Assembly (NCBI GenBank): GCA_965219345.1
Contig: OZ244732.1
Span: 1,248,001 to 1,312,000 of the forward strand
Reading direction: 5' to 3'
DNA: 64,000 bases
Source: Nitrosopumilus sp.
GTDB taxonomy: Archaea > Thermoproteota > Nitrososphaeria > Nitrososphaerales > Nitrosopumilaceae
A program made the position numbers and the translations under genes. The notes under the pieces are model-generated. The model did not search any database, had not been told where the DNA came from, and saw nothing but the letters and a program-made list of their open reading frames with translations. Below, piece after piece: positions 39,201-49,111 of this stretch (position 1 is the stretch's first letter; each line of letters opens with the position of its first letter).

Positions 39201-39442
39201 CCTCCATTGAATTCAATTTTTTTCCCTTGTAATGTATTGAATCTATACCACAAATCTTTGATGACTCTGCCTCTGAGATGTCCTGCATGTGGGATTCCAT
39301 TCATTGTTGGGGGGCCTTCAATGAATCTGATTTTTTCAGGTTTGTCAGATGCAAAAATCTGTTTTTCTAAATCTATTGATTTGATGTATTCTTTTATTTG
39401 GGATTCTATTGCTTTTGCATCAAACTTTGTAGAAAGTTCCAT
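36245..39442 (-). CDS. ileS: Isoleucine--tRNA ligase
   Basis: GPPTMNGIPHAGH, WTTMPFTL, WCISRERIWG and KMSKS motifs. Confidence 0.97.
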   Translation of the reverse strand: MELSTKFDAKAIESQIKEYIKSIDLEKQIFASDKPEKIRFIEGPPTMNGIPHAGHLRGRVIKDLWYRFNTLQGKKIEFNGGWDTQGLPVELQVEKELGVTGGKTEAIKQFGIERIVSECKKVVEKYNKVWVDVDELLGMSFNHDKAYWTFRDEFIEREWQVLKKAYENKILEEDFTVIAYCPSCQTSLSHAEVNQGYEEVKDPSLYYKVKLVDEDAFLIVWTTMPFTLITDAMVGLQPKEDYVYVKVENETWVIGKTRLVEFMVEVKIDDYKIEKTVKGSEFEGKKYVHPLLDLIPELNECAKSDNYHIAVSESFVDVTTGSGLVHLSPANGEEDIKIANKRNVKIFSPIDDEVKFTAQAGRYTGMFVRDADRTIVEDLKDCNALVKIGKIKHKYPLCWRSHHPIVWLARRGWFYKLDRLENKAIDAAESVEYFFEQPKNRFLGIIKERHPWCISRERIWGCPLPVWNCEDCGEKNWFFTRKEIVDAAYNLPDGPDFELHRPWIDNVTVKCKKCSSINTKREEYVLDTWHNSGSAPYASLTDEEYSKEIPAPFFTEGIDQTRGWAYTLLIENVILSNNPTPPYKSFLFQGHVLDEKGGKMSKSKGNVLEGAELLRKYPADLVRFYFMWKASPIEPLSFSTDELMSRPYQVINTLFNLHLYFKQNSEYDNFEQSSTIEWAKQNDLLTSPDIWLLSKLQKLIREITEKNQTCKFHEGAKAIDDFIINNLSQVYIPITRGELWNEDEEKKNRRLAIYAVLGEVLKTLDILIHPFCPFSSEHLYQTVFEGKQSILLDSWPQYQESLVNQEIEESFGIMKDVVSVSSAAKMKGKLKRRWPLNEVQICVRKDQKSKLESLSDLLQSQLNVEKFNIFETQKESGLEQLLELKQLGLPVKAIVELERKRIGPKAKQHMGKLVTTFNETNPEEIISSLQKDGKYNFDIDGETISLDNEDFIIDFDASENFAAAKRDNYIVFISTSRNKDLVAKGLVKDVARRLQTLRKERGYNPTDVLGVASILDLDDESLEMVKERAEELAFLVRVKQVNFSESCKEYKEDDIDGQKIRISVE

Positions 39443-39525
39443 CTGGATTTTGATATGTACGTGACATTATAAAGCTAAATTGGTTTTCTGAGACTTGGAT
39501 TATATAATTGAACAAAAGATAATTT

Positions 39526-40791
39526 TTGTTGGTAAATGTTCTGGTAATTGGTTCTGGTGGGCGAGAACATGCATTGTCATGGAAATTATCTCAAAGTCCT
39601 CAAGTTGATATTGTTTTTACTGCTCCTGGAAACGGTGGCACTGAAAACAATGTTCCAATAGATGTAGATGATATAGATGGATTATCTGATTTTGCTCAAA
39701 AAAATAATTGTTTTACCGTAGTTGGACCTGAAGCCCCATTGGCAGCTGGAATTGTTGACAAATTTAATCAGAAGAATCTCAAAGTTTTTGGTCCCTCTCA
39801 ACAGGCAGCACAACTTGAATCAAGTAAGATTTGGGTCAAGAATTTCATGAAACGAAATAACATTCAGACAGCACGATTTGAAATATTTGATGGTGCCCAA
39901 AAAGCTCAAGATTATGTAGAATCTCTTGATTACAATGTTGTAGTAAAGGCTGATGGCCTTGCTGCAGGAAAAGGTGTTATTGTTTGTAATAGTAATGAAG
40001 AAGCATTTTCTGCAATCCAGACAATTTTAGTCAAAAAGACATTTGGAGATGCTGGAAATCGTATCATAATTGAAGAGAGAGTTGATGGGATTGAAGCATC
40101 ATACATTGCACTTTCTGATGGTGAGATTACTATTCCTATGGCATCAAGTCAAGATCATAAGAGAATTTTTGACAATGACAAAGGTCCAAACACTGGTGGT
40201 ATGGGTGCATATTCTCCAACACCAATTATTGATGACGCATTAGCACAAAAAATCCAGGAAAAAATAATTGATAAAACAATTCAATCTATGAAAAATGAAG
40301 GAATTTCATTTAAGGGATTTTTGTATGCTGGAGTAATGATTAGAGATAATGAACCATATGTTTTAGAATACAATGTAAGAATGGGCGACCCTGAATGTCA
40401 ACCAATCACAATGAGAATGGACTTTGACTTGTATGATTATTTTGTTGCAAGCATTAATGGAAAATTATCCTCAATGCCTCCTATCTCTTGGAAAAATCAA
40501 TCTTCAGTGTGTGTTGTATTGGCATCTGAAGGCTATCCAGAATCGTATCCCAAAGGTGAAGAAATCTCTGGGTTTGGTTCTGTTCCAAATGAAGCATATG
40601 TTTTTCATGCTGGTACAAAAAAGATAGATGGAAAAGTTCTCTCAAATGGTGGACGTGTTTTAGGAGTTACAGCATTAGGTGATTCTTTAGAATCTGCAAT
40701 TACAAATGCTTATGCTGCATCTGATAAAATCTCATGGACTCACAAGTATTATAGAAAAGATATTGGTCAGAAAGGACTAACTTATCTCTGA
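39526..40791 (+). CDS. purD: Phosphoribosylamine--glycine ligase
   Basis: GSGGREHAL, KADGLAAGKG and GPNTGGMGAY motifs. Confidence 0.97.
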   Translation: MLVNVLVIGSGGREHALSWKLSQSPQVDIVFTAPGNGGTENNVPIDVDDIDGLSDFAQKNNCFTVVGPEAPLAAGIVDKFNQKNLKVFGPSQQAAQLESSKIWVKNFMKRNNIQTARFEIFDGAQKAQDYVESLDYNVVVKADGLAAGKGVIVCNSNEEAFSAIQTILVKKTFGDAGNRIIIEERVDGIEASYIALSDGEITIPMASSQDHKRIFDNDKGPNTGGMGAYSPTPIIDDALAQKIQEKIIDKTIQSMKNEGISFKGFLYAGVMIRDNEPYVLEYNVRMGDPECQPITMRMDFDLYDYFVASINGKLSSMPPISWKNQSSVCVVLASEGYPESYPKGEEISGFGSVPNEAYVFHAGTKKIDGKVLSNGGRVLGVTALGDSLESAITNAYAASDKISWTHKYYRKDIGQKGLTYL

Positions 40792-41345
40792 GTTTGCAAA
40801 AATCTGTCTTCAGTTACAATCCAGTCAATAATGATATCATGTTCTGATTTTGGAATATTTTTTACAATTTGTTTTTCCCAAGTCAAAGATATTGTTGTAG
40901 TTTTGTGTTCTGCCAGAAATTTATCATAAAATCCATGACCATATCCTAACCTGACTCCAATCGGCGAAATTCCTACAGTTGGTACTAAAAGTACGTCTAG
41001 ATTGTTATCTGTTTGGCAGTCATCTTTAGGCTCCATAATATCAAAACTACCTTTTTCTAGACTTGAAAAGTCACTGATTTTTCTAAACTCCATTTTTTCT
41101 CCTATGACTTTGGGCAAAAACACATCTTTCCCGTTACTGAGCAATTCCTGAATGATGTCCTGCGTCAAAACTTCGCTTCCAATTGGATGATACACTCCAA
41201 CCTTCTGAGCATTTCTAAATGAATTAATCTTCTTTAATCTTTTTTGTATCTTCTCAGCTGATATCTTCATAAAATCAAAAGATGTGTTATCTCTTTTTTC
41301 TAAAAGAAGATTTCTCAATGATTTTTTTTCAGGACTGTCTTCCAA
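40782..41345 (-). CDS. 5-formyltetrahydrofolate cyclo-ligase
   Basis: RLGYGHGFYD motif. Confidence 0.92.
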   Translation of the reverse strand: MEDSPEKKSLRNLLLEKRDNTSFDFMKISAEKIQKRLKKINSFRNAQKVGVYHPIGSEVLTQDIIQELLSNGKDVFLPKVIGEKMEFRKISDFSSLEKGSFDIMEPKDDCQTDNNLDVLLVPTVGISPIGVRLGYGHGFYDKFLAEHKTTTISLTWEKQIVKNIPKSEHDIIIDWIVTEDRFLQTQR

Positions 41346-42198
41346 TTTGAGTGCTCAAAGATGCTGCAATAATCGTGTTTTTTAATAGCATGGCTACTGT
41401 CATAGGTCCAACTCCTCCTGGAACTGGTGTTGCAAAAGATGCTTTTTTGATAATTTCTTCATAGTCTGAATCTCCTACTAGTTTTTCTTGGAATCTTGAA
41501 ATTGCAACATCAATTACAATTGCACCTTCTTTAATCATCTCAGGAGTTAAGGTGAACTTGCTTCTATCACCAACCGCAGTAATGATAACATCAGCTGCTT
41601 GGCAAAGCTCTGTTAGATTTTTAGTTTTAGAATGACAGGTAATTACAGTTGCATTTCTTTGTAATAATAGATGATAAAGTGGTTTTCCAACAAGATTACT
41701 TCTATTAATTAATACAACATTCTGTCCACCTAAATCAATTTCATGATGATCAAACATCTCCATTACTCCTGATGGTGTGCATGCAACTAGAACTGCTTTA
41801 TTCATTGCAAGTAAACCTGAATTGTGTGGCGTTAAACCATCTACATCTTTTAGTGGGGATATCCTTGCAGTAGTGGAAAATTCATCTAATTGTTCAGGTA
41901 ATGGCAGTTGAACTAAAATTCCATGAACCGAACTATCATTGTTTAGATTTTCAATAATTTCATCAAGTTGTGTCCGTGAAACATTTGCATCAAGTTTATG
42001 ATCTTTAGTGGAAATTCCTATTTCTTCACAAGCCTTGTGCTTGTTTCTAACATATGTGGCAGATGCTGGATTATCTCCAATCAAAATTGTAGCCAAACAT
42101 GGAGTAATTCCTTGAGTTTTTAGATCTTCTACTGCTTTTTTTACTCTGTCTTTGACTGATTGGGCAATGAGTATTCCATCAATTTTGGTACCTACCAT
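41329..42198 (-). CDS. folD: Methylene-THF dehydrogenase/cyclohydrolase
   Basis: GILVQLPLP, KDVDG and PVPGGVGPMT motifs. Confidence 0.96.
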   Translation of the reverse strand: MVGTKIDGILIAQSVKDRVKKAVEDLKTQGITPCLATILIGDNPASATYVRNKHKACEEIGISTKDHKLDANVSRTQLDEIIENLNNDSSVHGILVQLPLPEQLDEFSTTARISPLKDVDGLTPHNSGLLAMNKAVLVACTPSGVMEMFDHHEIDLGGQNVVLINRSNLVGKPLYHLLLQRNATVITCHSKTKNLTELCQAADVIITAVGDRSKFTLTPEMIKEGAIVIDVAISRFQEKLVGDSDYEEIIKKASFATPVPGGVGPMTVAMLLKNTIIAASLSTQIGRQS

Positions 42199-42289
42199 AA
42201 ACTGCCTTTGGTTTGTTGATATTTAATTCTTGGAATTCTTTGGTGAGAATCTTAGAAAAGAAATTAAATGGTATTTTTCTAGCCACAGT

Positions 42290-42574
42290 ATGTTTGTAAT
42301 GATGGCAGATGTTCAACTCAAAGAAGGTGTTGAAGAGGATTTCAAAAGTTGGTTTTCAGAGACAAACAAAGTATTGTCAAGCTTTCCAGGATTTATCTCA
42401 AGACGATTTTTAAAATCTGTAGATGGAAGTTATAAAATAATTGTAGAGCATGAAAGCAAGGAAACTTTTATTAAAATGCATCAAAGTCCTGAGCATAAAA
42501 AACTTCACCCAACAGGACATTCCTTTATGAGTGCAGATCCTGTAAGAAAAACATTCACAGTAGCTGCTGAATAA
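42290..42574 (+). CDS. Antibiotic biosynthesis monooxygenase (ABM) family protein
   Basis: FPGFISRRF...ESKETF..MH.SPEH; ATG 42290 preferred. Confidence 0.75.
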   Translation: MFVMMADVQLKEGVEEDFKSWFSETNKVLSSFPGFISRRFLKSVDGSYKIIVEHESKETFIKMHQSPEHKKLHPTGHSFMSADPVRKTFTVAAE

Positions 42575-42575
42575 A

Positions 42576-42896
42576 TTGAAACTTGAATTTGATTTAAACA
42601 CATATCTTGAAAAAATCAAAAAAAGCAGTTCTTATTTTCAGACTTTTATCAACAAGGATAGTTTAGCTGCTGGTGTTTTGGTTCTTCAACCTGGAGAAAA
42701 AGATACACAAGTACCTCATGACAGTGATGAGGTATATTATGTAATTTCAGGAGATGGTTTTTTGAACATTAAAGATAAAGATTACAAAGTTTCAAAAGAC
42801 AAACTATTCTTTGTAGCAAAAGATGTTGAGCATTATTTTCATGGAAACAAAAAAGAACTCAAAGTTTTATACTTTTTTGGCGGGCCGGATACTTAA
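42576..42896 (+). CDS. Cupin domain protein
   Basis: PHDSDEVYYVISG...VEHYFH. Confidence 0.88.
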   Translation: MKLEFDLNTYLEKIKKSSSYFQTFINKDSLAAGVLVLQPGEKDTQVPHDSDEVYYVISGDGFLNIKDKDYKVSKDKLFFVAKDVEHYFHGNKKELKVLYFFGGPDT

Positions 42897-43510
42897 CTGA
42901 TAATGGTTCTTCTTCCAGACACTTTGATCTTTTTTCTGGCAAACAAATTAACTGCTTCAGGATAAATTTCGTGTTCTTCTTTTAGAATTCTTTTTGATAG
43001 TGATTCTGCGGTATCATTTTCTTTTACTTTGACTACTGCCTGAATAATTATTGGACCTCTGTCCATTCCTGTATCTACAAAATGAACTGTACATCCTGAG
43101 TATTTTGCACCATGATCTAATGCTCGTTTCTGTGAATCTAATCCTGGAAATGCTGGAAGTAATGCTGGATGAATATTGATCATTTTGTTTTTGTATTTTT
43201 TTACAAACTGTGGACTGATAATTCTCATAAATCCTGCAAGACACACAAGGCCATTTCTAGGTGTAACTCCATGTTTTGTTAGAGCAGCAATCACCTTTTT
43301 GTCGTATTGTGCCCTAGTCCCTTTGAATCCCTTACTCTCAATTACTTCTACGGTTATTCCTAATTTTTTAGCTGTCTTCAGTCCCTTTGCATTAGACTTG
43401 TTTGAAATTACTACTGCAGGATTAATTGGGATCTTTTTTTTCTTAATTGACTTTAGAATAGACTCCATGTTGCTTCCACGACCTGAGATTAAAATTCCTA
43501 GATTTAGCAA
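42893..43510 (-). CDS. purN: Phosphoribosylglycinamide formyltransferase
   Basis: ISGRGSNM, NIHPALLP and GCTVHFV motifs. Confidence 0.96.
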   Translation of the reverse strand: MLNLGILISGRGSNMESILKSIKKKKIPINPAVVISNKSNAKGLKTAKKLGITVEVIESKGFKGTRAQYDKKVIAALTKHGVTPRNGLVCLAGFMRIISPQFVKKYKNKMINIHPALLPAFPGLDSQKRALDHGAKYSGCTVHFVDTGMDRGPIIIQAVVKVKENDTAESLSKRILKEEHEIYPEAVNLFARKKIKVSGRRTIIS

Positions 43511-43568
43511 CTAGTCAATACTAGATCAAACCTGTAATTTATATCAAATCTAATCACCCTGATTTTCG

Positions 43569-44549
43569 TTGCTAAAACAAGTCAGGATGACAAAAAATGG
43601 AATTCTGTGTGAAATTAATGATAAACGCGTTTACTTGGATCCAAAAAACACTGATGCCACAGGAATCAATTTTGTGTCTCATGCTCATTCTGATCATCTC
43701 CCTTCAAAAAATGGTGGAACCATTTTGTCCTCACTTGAGACAAATGAAATAGCTAATCTTCGTGGGTTTAAAATGGAAAATCATGTTGATTCTCTTGATG
43801 ATTTTTCTCTAATTGACAGTGGTCATATACTTGGTGCAAAAGGATTGCTCTTTGATGATATCTTTTACACTGGAGATATCTGTACTAGGAATCGTGGATT
43901 TCTATCTGGAGCCAAAGTGCCAAAATGTAAAACTCTGATTACTGAATGCACATTTGGTCTACCTGAATTTGTTTTTCCTAGCATGGATGAAATACAAAAA
44001 CAAGTTAATAAATTAATTTCTGAACTATATGCAAAAGGCATTCCTGTAATTTTAATGGGATATCAATTAGGCAAAGCACAAACCATTACGCAACTCTTTG
44101 GTCACTGGAATCCACTTTACTTTCATGATTCAGTATATGAGATGAATTCTCTTCATCAAAAATTAGGGGTTCCACTCAAAGATGGAATGAGTCATTCTGA
44201 GGCTGAAAAAAATGGGTTACTAGAGAAAAAACCTTGGGTAATGGTTGCACCATTAATGTCTGCTAAAAATAAATTCATTCAAGATATGAAATCAAAATAT
44301 GGTGCAGTAACAATAGGATTTAGTGGATGGGCACAATCTACAAGATTTCCTTTTGGACGTAGAACTGATTATTCTATTCCAATGAGTGATCACTGTGACT
44401 TTAATGAACTCGTAGATATGGTAGTGCAATCAGGTGCACAACAAGTTTACACTATACATGGTTTTGTTGAAGAGTTTGCAGAACACCTAAAAAAAATAGG
44501 GATCACTGCACAACCACTAGTAGAAAATTCTTTAGATGATTTTACTTAG
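43569..44549 (+). CDS. MBL-fold beta-CASP nuclease
   Basis: SHAHSDH, GHILG, TGD and SDH motifs. Confidence 0.88.
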   Translation: MLKQVRMTKNGILCEINDKRVYLDPKNTDATGINFVSHAHSDHLPSKNGGTILSSLETNEIANLRGFKMENHVDSLDDFSLIDSGHILGAKGLLFDDIFYTGDICTRNRGFLSGAKVPKCKTLITECTFGLPEFVFPSMDEIQKQVNKLISELYAKGIPVILMGYQLGKAQTITQLFGHWNPLYFHDSVYEMNSLHQKLGVPLKDGMSHSEAEKNGLLEKKPWVMVAPLMSAKNKFIQDMKSKYGAVTIGFSGWAQSTRFPFGRRTDYSIPMSDHCDFNELVDMVVQSGAQQVYTIHGFVEEFAEHLKKIGITAQPLVENSLDDFT

Positions 44550-44796
44550 TAAATTTAGTGCACTCACAATCTGCAGCTAGACACGTTTCTGAATTTCTAA
44601 TATGATCATGAGAGAAATGTTTACATTTTTCATTTTTACAGATTCTTCTTTGTGATTCTTTTTGTACAACTTTTTGTGCAATCTCATTTGCTTGGTCTTT
44701 CGTGTATCCTTTTTTGTCAATGTAGAAATGAACTATTCTATTGTATAACACATTTGGATTGAATTGTTTTTCTAGCATGGATTTGTCTGGATACAA
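44542..44796 (-). CDS. Small Cys/His-containing protein
   Basis: C..C.H...H....C...C.C tail. Confidence 0.7.
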   Translation of the reverse strand: MYPDKSMLEKQFNPNVLYNRIVHFYIDKKGYTKDQANEIAQKVVQKESQRRICKNEKCKHFSHDHIRNSETCLAADCECTKFTK

Positions 44797-44825
44797 TACG
44801 GCATCATTATATTAAAAGATCATTT

Positions 44826-46115
44826 TCAATTCAAAATCACGCCTATATCCATAAGATTTGTATGAGTAAAATCAGTTACAATGTTTCCTTTTTGTTTTTG
44901 AAAGAATCTACCTGAATCACTGTTTTTGAGAAATTCTTTCATTGTATTCAAATCAACTCTAATATTTTCTGTAATGGCTCCCGCAAAAACAGAATTTCCA
45001 TCTATTCCATCAGTACCCATTGATGAAATGACCATTTTTTTTAATTTTTGAGTATTTTTTAAAATTCTTAACACTAATTCTTGGTTCCTCCCTCCCATTC
45101 CTTTTCCAAGAACTCTAACTGTTGTCTCACCACCAAAAATAAGACATGTTTTTTGCTCCTCTGAAATATTTTCAAGAATTTTTGTTACTGCATCTTTAAT
45201 GTCTCCAAAAACTTGCATTGTAGTAACTTTGTAGCCTTTTTTCCTTGCTTCTTCTTGCATAGCATTCAAACAACCACTGTTATTTGCAATAACATAGTTT
45301 GCAATTCTTGCCTTCTTTGGAGTTTCATTACTTTCTTTTTCTAACCCTTTCTCTAAAGTTTGCAAAACTTCTATAGGCGTTTTTCTTTTTAGTTTATATT
45401 TTTCAATAATGTTTAATGCATCTGCAAATGTTGTACCGTCCATAAATGTAGTTCCTGACGCAATTGATGATAGATCATCTCCTTCCACATCAGACATTAC
45501 CAAACTTATTCCCTGACATTTCATATTTTCTACTAATTTACCTCCCTTGATTTTTGATAGATGTTTTCTAATGCAATTGAATTCTTGAATACTTGCACCC
45601 GATTTTAACAGTAAATTTGTAACAAAGATTTTATCATCAAGTGTTATTTTGTTTGGCATTGCAAGAAGTGATGATCCTCCTCCAGAAACAAGAAAAATAA
45701 TTAATTCATTACTTCGCTTATTTTGTACAAATTTCATTACTTCTTTTGCTGCCTTTACGCTTGTTTGGTCTGGTTTAGGATGCCTAGAATTAAAAATCTG
45801 AAATTTTTTGCCCTTAATTCTTGACTTGGATCCTTTTGGAATTACAACTATTCCACTTTTGATGGGAATTATTGCATTAAGTGCTCTTGTCATGGAATCT
45901 CCAGCTTTCCCAAAAGCTACTGAATAGATGTTGGAATATTTTCCAATATTGAACACATTTTCATCAATCTTGATTTCATTAGGTGTTACAAACTTTGAAA
46001 TGATGTTTTCTGGATTTGCTGCTTGAAGACCTGCTTCTAAAATTTCTAGACAATCCTTTTTCTTATCTGTAATTGCTAAATCTTTGAAATTTTGAATAAT
46101 CATATAGTTTCTCAA
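44826..46115 (-). CDS. Glycerate 2-kinase (MOFRL/DUF4147)
   Basis: SGGGSSL, GGETTV, GGRNQE and TDGIDG motifs. Confidence 0.92.
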   Translation of the reverse strand: MRNYMIIQNFKDLAITDKKKDCLEILEAGLQAANPENIISKFVTPNEIKIDENVFNIGKYSNIYSVAFGKAGDSMTRALNAIIPIKSGIVVIPKGSKSRIKGKKFQIFNSRHPKPDQTSVKAAKEVMKFVQNKRSNELIIFLVSGGGSSLLAMPNKITLDDKIFVTNLLLKSGASIQEFNCIRKHLSKIKGGKLVENMKCQGISLVMSDVEGDDLSSIASGTTFMDGTTFADALNIIEKYKLKRKTPIEVLQTLEKGLEKESNETPKKARIANYVIANNSGCLNAMQEEARKKGYKVTTMQVFGDIKDAVTKILENISEEQKTCLIFGGETTVRVLGKGMGGRNQELVLRILKNTQKLKKMVISSMGTDGIDGNSVFAGAITENIRVDLNTMKEFLKNSDSGRFFQKQKGNIVTDFTHTNLMDIGVILN

Positions 46116-46155
46116 TAATGTAAGATATAATAATAATCAATGATGCCTTTGATTT

Positions 46156-47100
46156 ATGCACACAATACGCATTCCAAAAGTTATCAACTTTGGAGAAGAT
46201 GCACTTGGTCAAACAGAGTATCCTAAAAATGCCCTAGTTGTCACAACAGTTCCACCAGAACTTTCTGACAAATGGTTAGGAAAAATGGGAATTCAGAATT
46301 ATATGCTGTATGATAAAGTACAACCTGAACCATCAATTGACGATGTCAATACTGTGATTTCACAATTCAAAGACAAAAAACCATCTGTTCTAATTGGATT
46401 AGGTGGTGGAAGTTCAATGGATGTAGTAAAATATGCTGCACAAGATTTTGGAGTAGAAAAGATCTTGATTCCAACTACATTTGGAACTGGAGCTGAAATG
46501 ACAACTTATTGTGTTCTGAAATTTGATGGAAAAAAGAAATTGTTACACGAAGACAGATTCTTAGCTGACATGGCTGTAGTCGATTCATATTTTATGAATG
46601 GCACTCCAGAACAAGTTATCAAAAATTCTGTTTGTGATGCATGTGCTCAAGCTACTGAGGGTTATGATAGCAAACTTGGTAATGACTTGACTAGAACTCT
46701 ATGTAAACAAGCATTTGAGATTCTTTATGATGCAATAATGAATGACAAATCAGAGAACTATCCATACGGTTCAATGTTGTCTGGAATGGGATTTGGAAAT
46801 TGCTCAACAACACTTGGACATGCTTTGTCATATGTATTCTCAAATGAAGGGGTTCCACATGGTTATTCACTATCATCTTGTACTACAATTGCACACAAGC
46901 ATAACAAGTCAATCTTCTATGATAGATTCAAAGAAGCTATGGAAAAACTTGGTTTTGATAAATTAGAACTTAAAGCTGATGTTTCAGAAGCTGCAGATGT
47001 TGTTATGACTGATAAAGGACATTTGGATCCAAACCCAATTCCAATATCAAAAGATGATGTCGTCAAATGTCTTGAGGGTATCAAAGTAGGTAATTTGTAA
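46156..47100 (+). CDS. Iron-containing alcohol dehydrogenase (candidate malonic/succinic semialdehyde reductase)
   Basis: GGGSSMD, IPTTFGTGAE and HALS...HG motifs. Confidence 0.88.
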   Translation: MHTIRIPKVINFGEDALGQTEYPKNALVVTTVPPELSDKWLGKMGIQNYMLYDKVQPEPSIDDVNTVISQFKDKKPSVLIGLGGGSSMDVVKYAAQDFGVEKILIPTTFGTGAEMTTYCVLKFDGKKKLLHEDRFLADMAVVDSYFMNGTPEQVIKNSVCDACAQATEGYDSKLGNDLTRTLCKQAFEILYDAIMNDKSENYPYGSMLSGMGFGNCSTTLGHALSYVFSNEGVPHGYSLSSCTTIAHKHNKSIFYDRFKEAMEKLGFDKLELKADVSEAADVVMTDKGHLDPNPIPISKDDVVKCLEGIKVGNL

Positions 47101-47194
47101 AAAATTCAAAAATTTTTTACCTTTTTTCTATTTTCTTGATAAACTGCGAAATTGGTATCTGATTAAACTTATTTATTCTAATAATCTGTCGTAA

Positions 47195-48301
47195 ATGTAC
47201 GTGACTGAAAAAAAGCTAAAATTTGGTATTCAAAACGGATTAAATGTTGCCAGAGCCGGGTATTCTGAAGATCAAATTCTAACTGCTTGTATTCTTGCCG
47301 ATAAAACTGGCTATGATTCTATTTTCTATATGGACCATACCAATGTACCACAATGGAAAAATGCAATAGTTTTGGATCCTTGGGTTATGTTATCTGCAAT
47401 TGCTGCAGTTACACAGAATGTAGAACTAGGAACTTGTGTAACTGATGCAATTAGAAGACATCCATCTAACATTGCACTAGCTGCTATTTCTCTTGATAGA
47501 GTTTCAAAAGGTAGAGCTATACTTGGAATTGGTGCGGGTGAGGCTCAAAATCTAAAAGAATTTTGTATTCCATTTGAAAAACCAGTTACAAAATGGGCAG
47601 AACAAATTAAAACTATTCACAAATTGTATGAATCGACTCCAGATAATGTAGTAAGTTTTGATGGAAAATATTACCAACTTGCAGGTGCATGTTTGCAGGC
47701 ACCTCCAATTAGAAAACCACGTCCACCAACTTACATGGCAGCTGGTGGTAAACGTACACTTGCATTAACAGGAGAACTTGGTGATGGTTGGTTGCCAATT
47801 GGTTACACTCCAGAACTCTTTGAAGATCATGCAGCACAAATTACAAAATCGATGAATGAAAATAACAGAACGCAAGAAGAAAAAGACAATTTCCAATATG
47901 CTCTTGATATTGACGTATACTTTTCTGAAGATGCAGAAGAGTCTTGGGCAAAAATGAAAGAAGCAGTAAAAGTAAGTTTGTTTAAGCCTGAAATACTTAG
48001 AGTTCACGGATTAAAAGAAATTGAAGGATTTGATTTCGTCAAATACTTTACTGAATATTCAATGTCTGATCAAACTTGGATTATAAAGATGAGAGAAGCT
48101 GCAACTAAAATTCCCGATCCTATCGCTCGCTCTTCAACTGCAGTTGGTACTCCAGATGATATAATTCCAGTATTTGAGAGATTCATGAAAGCTGGTGTTG
48201 ATCACTTTGTAATTAGATTCTGGGGTAAGAATTACTTTGGCTCTATTGATAAATTTGCAACCCATGTAATGCCAAAACTCAGAGAATTAGGCAAACAATA
48301 A
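47195..48301 (+). CDS. LLM-class (likely F420-dependent) oxidoreductase
   Basis: DPWVMLSAIA, LDRVSKGRAILGIGAG and GDGW motifs. Confidence 0.9.
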   Translation: MYVTEKKLKFGIQNGLNVARAGYSEDQILTACILADKTGYDSIFYMDHTNVPQWKNAIVLDPWVMLSAIAAVTQNVELGTCVTDAIRRHPSNIALAAISLDRVSKGRAILGIGAGEAQNLKEFCIPFEKPVTKWAEQIKTIHKLYESTPDNVVSFDGKYYQLAGACLQAPPIRKPRPPTYMAAGGKRTLALTGELGDGWLPIGYTPELFEDHAAQITKSMNENNRTQEEKDNFQYALDIDVYFSEDAEESWAKMKEAVKVSLFKPEILRVHGLKEIEGFDFVKYFTEYSMSDQTWIIKMREAATKIPDPIARSSTAVGTPDDIIPVFERFMKAGVDHFVIRFWGKNYFGSIDKFATHVMPKLRELGKQ

Positions 48302-48366
48302 GACATTCCATTTTATAGCATATGATATTTTAGAAGAAAATGCCATAATCTTGGCAAATCTTTAAT

Positions 48367-48786
48367 TTATGACTTGTGTGGTCTTTTGCTTTTGGCTTTT
48401 GTAAATGATTTTGCTCTACGTTTGTTTCGTTGTTTTGCTAATCTTTTTCTTGTACGCTCTGTTGATTTTGTTTCACCCTGAATGACTTTTGTCCTACTTC
48501 CATCTCTTAACATGATTACTTTCCCTTTGAATCTAAATTCCACATCTCTACATTTGACATAATATTTTTTGAGACAAAAAAATATTCTATTATTTGTCCC
48601 GTGCAAATCTTTGATTTCTTTTGATTTTTTTAACTCATTAATTATATTTCGAAGTATGCCTTTGTCAATATCTGTAATCCTATGTAATTCTCTAAACCAG
48701 ATGAATCTAGATTCAGAACCCCATTTTTCTAGAACATCTAAGACTTGTTGCGTAGTCTCTTCTTGTTCTTTGTCTATTTCATACAT
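48367..48786 (-). CDS. Basic wHTH-like hypothetical protein
   Basis: FRELHRITDIDKGILRNIINELKK; Lys/Arg-rich tail. Confidence 0.55.
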   Translation of the reverse strand: MYEIDKEQEETTQQVLDVLEKWGSESRFIWFRELHRITDIDKGILRNIINELKKSKEIKDLHGTNNRIFFCLKKYYVKCRDVEFRFKGKVIMLRDGSRTKVIQGETKSTERTRKRLAKQRNKRRAKSFTKAKSKRPHKS

Positions 48787-49111
48787 TGTTTGTCTTGAAA
48801 TATTCCCATATTTTATCAGTTTTCATTAATAAAAAGTTTGGATTAAAAAAGTCAAATTTTAGAATGTTCTTCCTTTTTGATTATTTTTGTAATGATTCAC
48901 TATGAACACTAAATTAAAAAATGAATGTACAGAATTGTCATGTAGAATTTTAGAAATAAAAGCATTGGCAAAAGAACTGGATAAGGAAGATTAGTATTCT
49001 TTTTTGATTTAAACTGTTTTCTTTTAGTCTAGGTATGTTTTTTCATTTGCCTGCTAGAACATTTTACTATTTTACTCTTGATTTATAAAATGATTTTTCA
49101 TAATTCAACTA

